Shown piece by piece: positions 61,363 through 64,000 of a DNA stretch of 64,000 bases. The translations under genes and the position numbers were made by a program. The first letter of the stretch is position 1. Each line of letters opens with the position of its first letter. A model generated the notes under the pieces. That model worked only from the letters and a program-made list of their open reading frames with translations. It was not told the origin of the DNA and ran no database searches. Source of the DNA: Macrostomum lignano (taxonomy: Eukaryota); NCBI GenBank assembly GCA_002269645.1, contig NIVC01000032.1, forward strand, positions 1,116,001 through 1,180,000, given 5' to 3'.

Positions 61363-62130
61363 ATGCTTCTTCGCTTTCAGTGGCCTTTTATGACGTTCTG
61401 CGTGGCTGTGACTGCTGCTGCCGCTTGCACGATACAGAAGGCCGCCTTCCACAAGACCACTGGAGCTGATTGCGTTCGGCCCGAATTCACCAACATCGTG
61501 TGGGGCCTGTGCGACCCGCTGTCCTGCAGCCTCTTCTGTGCCAAGACGTCCAATTGCCAAGCCTTCACGCTGCCCTCTGGTGACTGTGTCTGCAAGCTGT
61601 TCCTGTTCGACAAGTGCAGTCACCGGGTACAGTCAGAGCCCAACTGTGCTCACCTGGTGACCGTGTACGTGAGATCAATGGCCGGAGTAGCGGCGGGTCG
61701 CTTGTGTCCTCCCGGATACGAGTTCGCTCGGTTCGGCACCGCCTACAAGGTGTCGGGTTCGGCTGCGGCCAGCTGGGGAGAAGCCTTTGCCAGATGCAAC
61801 GAGGAGGCCGGCTTATCGAAGTTCGCGGACGCTCTGGACACCGAAGAATCTCGTCACTTAATGTGGATCAAGAACGTGTCGAACATTCCGGTTGAGAGCT
61901 TGTTCCTGGGAGGCCACCAGATCCCAGGCTTGGAAAGCATCAGTGAAGGCTGGATTTGGGACGCGTGCAACGAAAGCATCCGAGCCGACGTGTGGGAACC
62001 GGGCAGGCCCAACAAAGGCTTGCCCATTGAGGGATGCATTCGCACTAACAGCAATCATAACATTGGTATTGACGATTTCGCTTGTACCGATCAGCATAAA
62101 TACATCTGCGAGTGTCAGTATGTGTTTTGA
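61363..62130 (+). CDS. Secreted PAN/apple + C-type lectin protein, single exon, 255 aa
   Basis: Hydrophobic leader, PAN-like CSLFCAKTSNCQAF...CKL, CTL CPPGY...SWGEAFARC...LFLGG...WIW...WEPGRPN...GC...DDFAC...YICE. Confidence 0.85.
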   Translation: MLLRFQWPFMTFCVAVTAAAACTIQKAAFHKTTGADCVRPEFTNIVWGLCDPLSCSLFCAKTSNCQAFTLPSGDCVCKLFLFDKCSHRVQSEPNCAHLVTVYVRSMAGVAAGRLCPPGYEFARFGTAYKVSGSAAASWGEAFARCNEEAGLSKFADALDTEESRHLMWIKNVSNIPVESLFLGGHQIPGLESISEGWIWDACNESIRADVWEPGRPNKGLPIEGCIRTNSNHNIGIDDFACTDQHKYICECQYVF

Positions 62131-62782
62131 AACTCGTAAGGCCAAAACACAATAGAATAATTTCTAAGTTGGCGTAAACGAACTTTTAATACGGGATTGC
62201 TGATCACACTAATCAGACTTCAACGTACGCTGTGTTGAGTGACACTCGGAGTGGCCATAGACTATTTCATTTAATGAACCGTTTTGTGTTGAGTAATTTA
62301 TCATTGGCCAAAGACTATATGTATTGTTTTTCTGCCATTTTCTGAAACTTGAGTTTTTGCCGTAGGATGCAGTTTTTGTCGTGCAGGAATATCTCAAGCC
62401 AATGTAAGACAATATAACGATATGCACAGATACTTGATATACTAAATTTTATAAACTAACAGCAATGGGGGGTTAACTGGAAGAGAGAACTCCAGGCAAC
62501 GGCCAAAGCCACGAGCGGTAGCCTCCAGAACTCCAGTTAACTTCATTGCAGGAAATATCTATGGCACGAATCGAAGTGGCCCAGAAGGAGGAGGCACAAA
62601 CGTCTATGGCACGAAAGCCAAAAGGCGTGGAGAGTTCATGGCAATGACAATCCTATTGATTGAATGGAGGGTTGAAATGTCTATGGCAAAACTTTCAGTG
62701 GGGGTGAAGGGGTTTGTGTGAGGGATTCCCAGGCAGTAAGTAGTCTGTCCAAACCTGTTGATTCAAGAGTTTTCTGTCCATC

Positions 62783-63355
62783 ATGAGCGACCCGATAATA
62801 CATTATATTAATTGGGGTAACCTCCCGTGTGAGGACCTCGGCAACATCACGCAGGATGAACTGAACTTCCTCTCGGAATCCTCTGCCGTTGATCGGCACG
62901 ACGAAGATTTCGATGCGTTCCTGAAGTATGTCCAAAATGGTCCAGCTGATACTGGGCTGCCAATGATCGATGGAGATGAAAAGATAGACGTTTCCGAGAT
63001 GGACAGAATCGAGATCGAGAGTCTGCCTGAGGATACTCGGAAGCAGATGTACCAGCATGGCCAACGTTTTCGAGACTTCCTGGAAGGGGAGAATCTGCGC
63101 AACATTCAGCATGTCAACAATGCTACATTGAACCAATATCTTCGGTACTTCTACTTCAAGCTGAAGAAACAGGCTGTTTCTATGGCACTTGATTTGAATG
63201 GTTCTTCACAAGCTGTTGCGACTCCATTGCGTGAGAGTTCACCGGTGCCAGTACCTGTGTCGTCTTCCGTGCAGATCACCGGCATCAGTCATGACAATCC
63301 GTCGGTCAGGTACAGTTTCCACAACTGTTCATTCAATGGTTGCAAATTTGAGTAA
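62783..63355 (+). mobile_element. Crypton-derived ORF (190 aa) lacking the recombinase core: internally deleted, non-autonomous
   Basis: N-part ESLPEDTRKQMYQHGQRFRDFL...LNQYLRYFYFKLKK resembles the Crypton/ZMYM-QRICH1 pre-DUF3504 region; it jumps directly to QAVSMAL and ends in SFHNCSFNGCKFE*, a Crypton-like tail. Confidence 0.6.
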
Positions 63356-64000
63356 TGGACTCAACCGTCGTATTTTCTGGACTTTCTCCTGCTGTCGTGA
63401 TGAGAACATGACCATAGGTTAGACTTGCACTCAATTGACTAAGCAGTGTTATTGTTGGAACATTTTTTGTTGGACTTCAATAAATATAAGAATTTCACGC
63501 TTCGTGTTACTTTTTTCGCCTATGGTATTGTTGTCCAGTCTTGTTATTTTACCTCCAGAAAATGGCCGGTCATTGTCCGGAGGTCATTGCCATGAACAAA
63601 TATTTCGGGCAATGATATATTCCTGCACGGTCACGAGTCACGGCTGAAGTAGCGAGCCATTTAGCGGCGTTATTGCGATTGCTACCCAAAAGCATCAGTT
63701 TATATCTTACCTAACATTGTATAACCTCCTTTGCTTTATATTACTGCTGTTCATTTTTTGTCTATGGTTATAATCTTTATGGATTCTCTCTCCTTAAAAG
63801 TCCTCTTAAACCATCCAAAATATAAAACTGTTTAAGTTAAAAAAATTTATGGCTATGGCACCCCTTTCAAATTTAAGAATCTTCCAGTTTATTGCTAAAA
63901 GAATCATGTGGATACAAGTTAAGCTCATCATTTCGATCGCAGAGATGTATGACAAAATAGTACACATAACATGAAAATCGTATCTATACTTTGGCAGACA

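Noticed and set aside
62681-63136. 151-aa and 100-aa minus-strand ORFs
   Set aside because: Antisense shadows of the 62783-63355 ORF, which carries the recognisable motifs.

Overview
AT-rich, repeat-dense animal genomic DNA with spliceosomal GT-AG introns. The style (satellite-filled introns, WSC/PAN/C-type-lectin genes) suggests a free-living flatworm such as Macrostomum, but that is inference only. A run of co-oriented + strand genes spans 20.7-54.5 kb: a Kv4/Shal potassium channel (at least 7 exons), THOC6, an intron-containing alpha/beta-hydrolase of the plant/fungal/bacterial lipase type, a 4-RRM nucleolin, and four tandem BLVRB/flavin-reductase-like genes. The flanks hold a two-exon MORN4-like gene, a WSC-domain pseudogene, a C-type-lectin+PAN pseudogene, an intact PAN+C-type-lectin gene and two complementary Crypton (tyrosine recombinase) remnants. 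There are also two tRNA-derived SINE families, several palindromic MITE/foldback elements and more than 15 distinct mini/microsatellites. No prokaryote-type system (CRISPR etc.) is supported. Gene models were assembled by hand from splice signals and reading-frame continuity; family assignments come from recalled motifs, not database searches.
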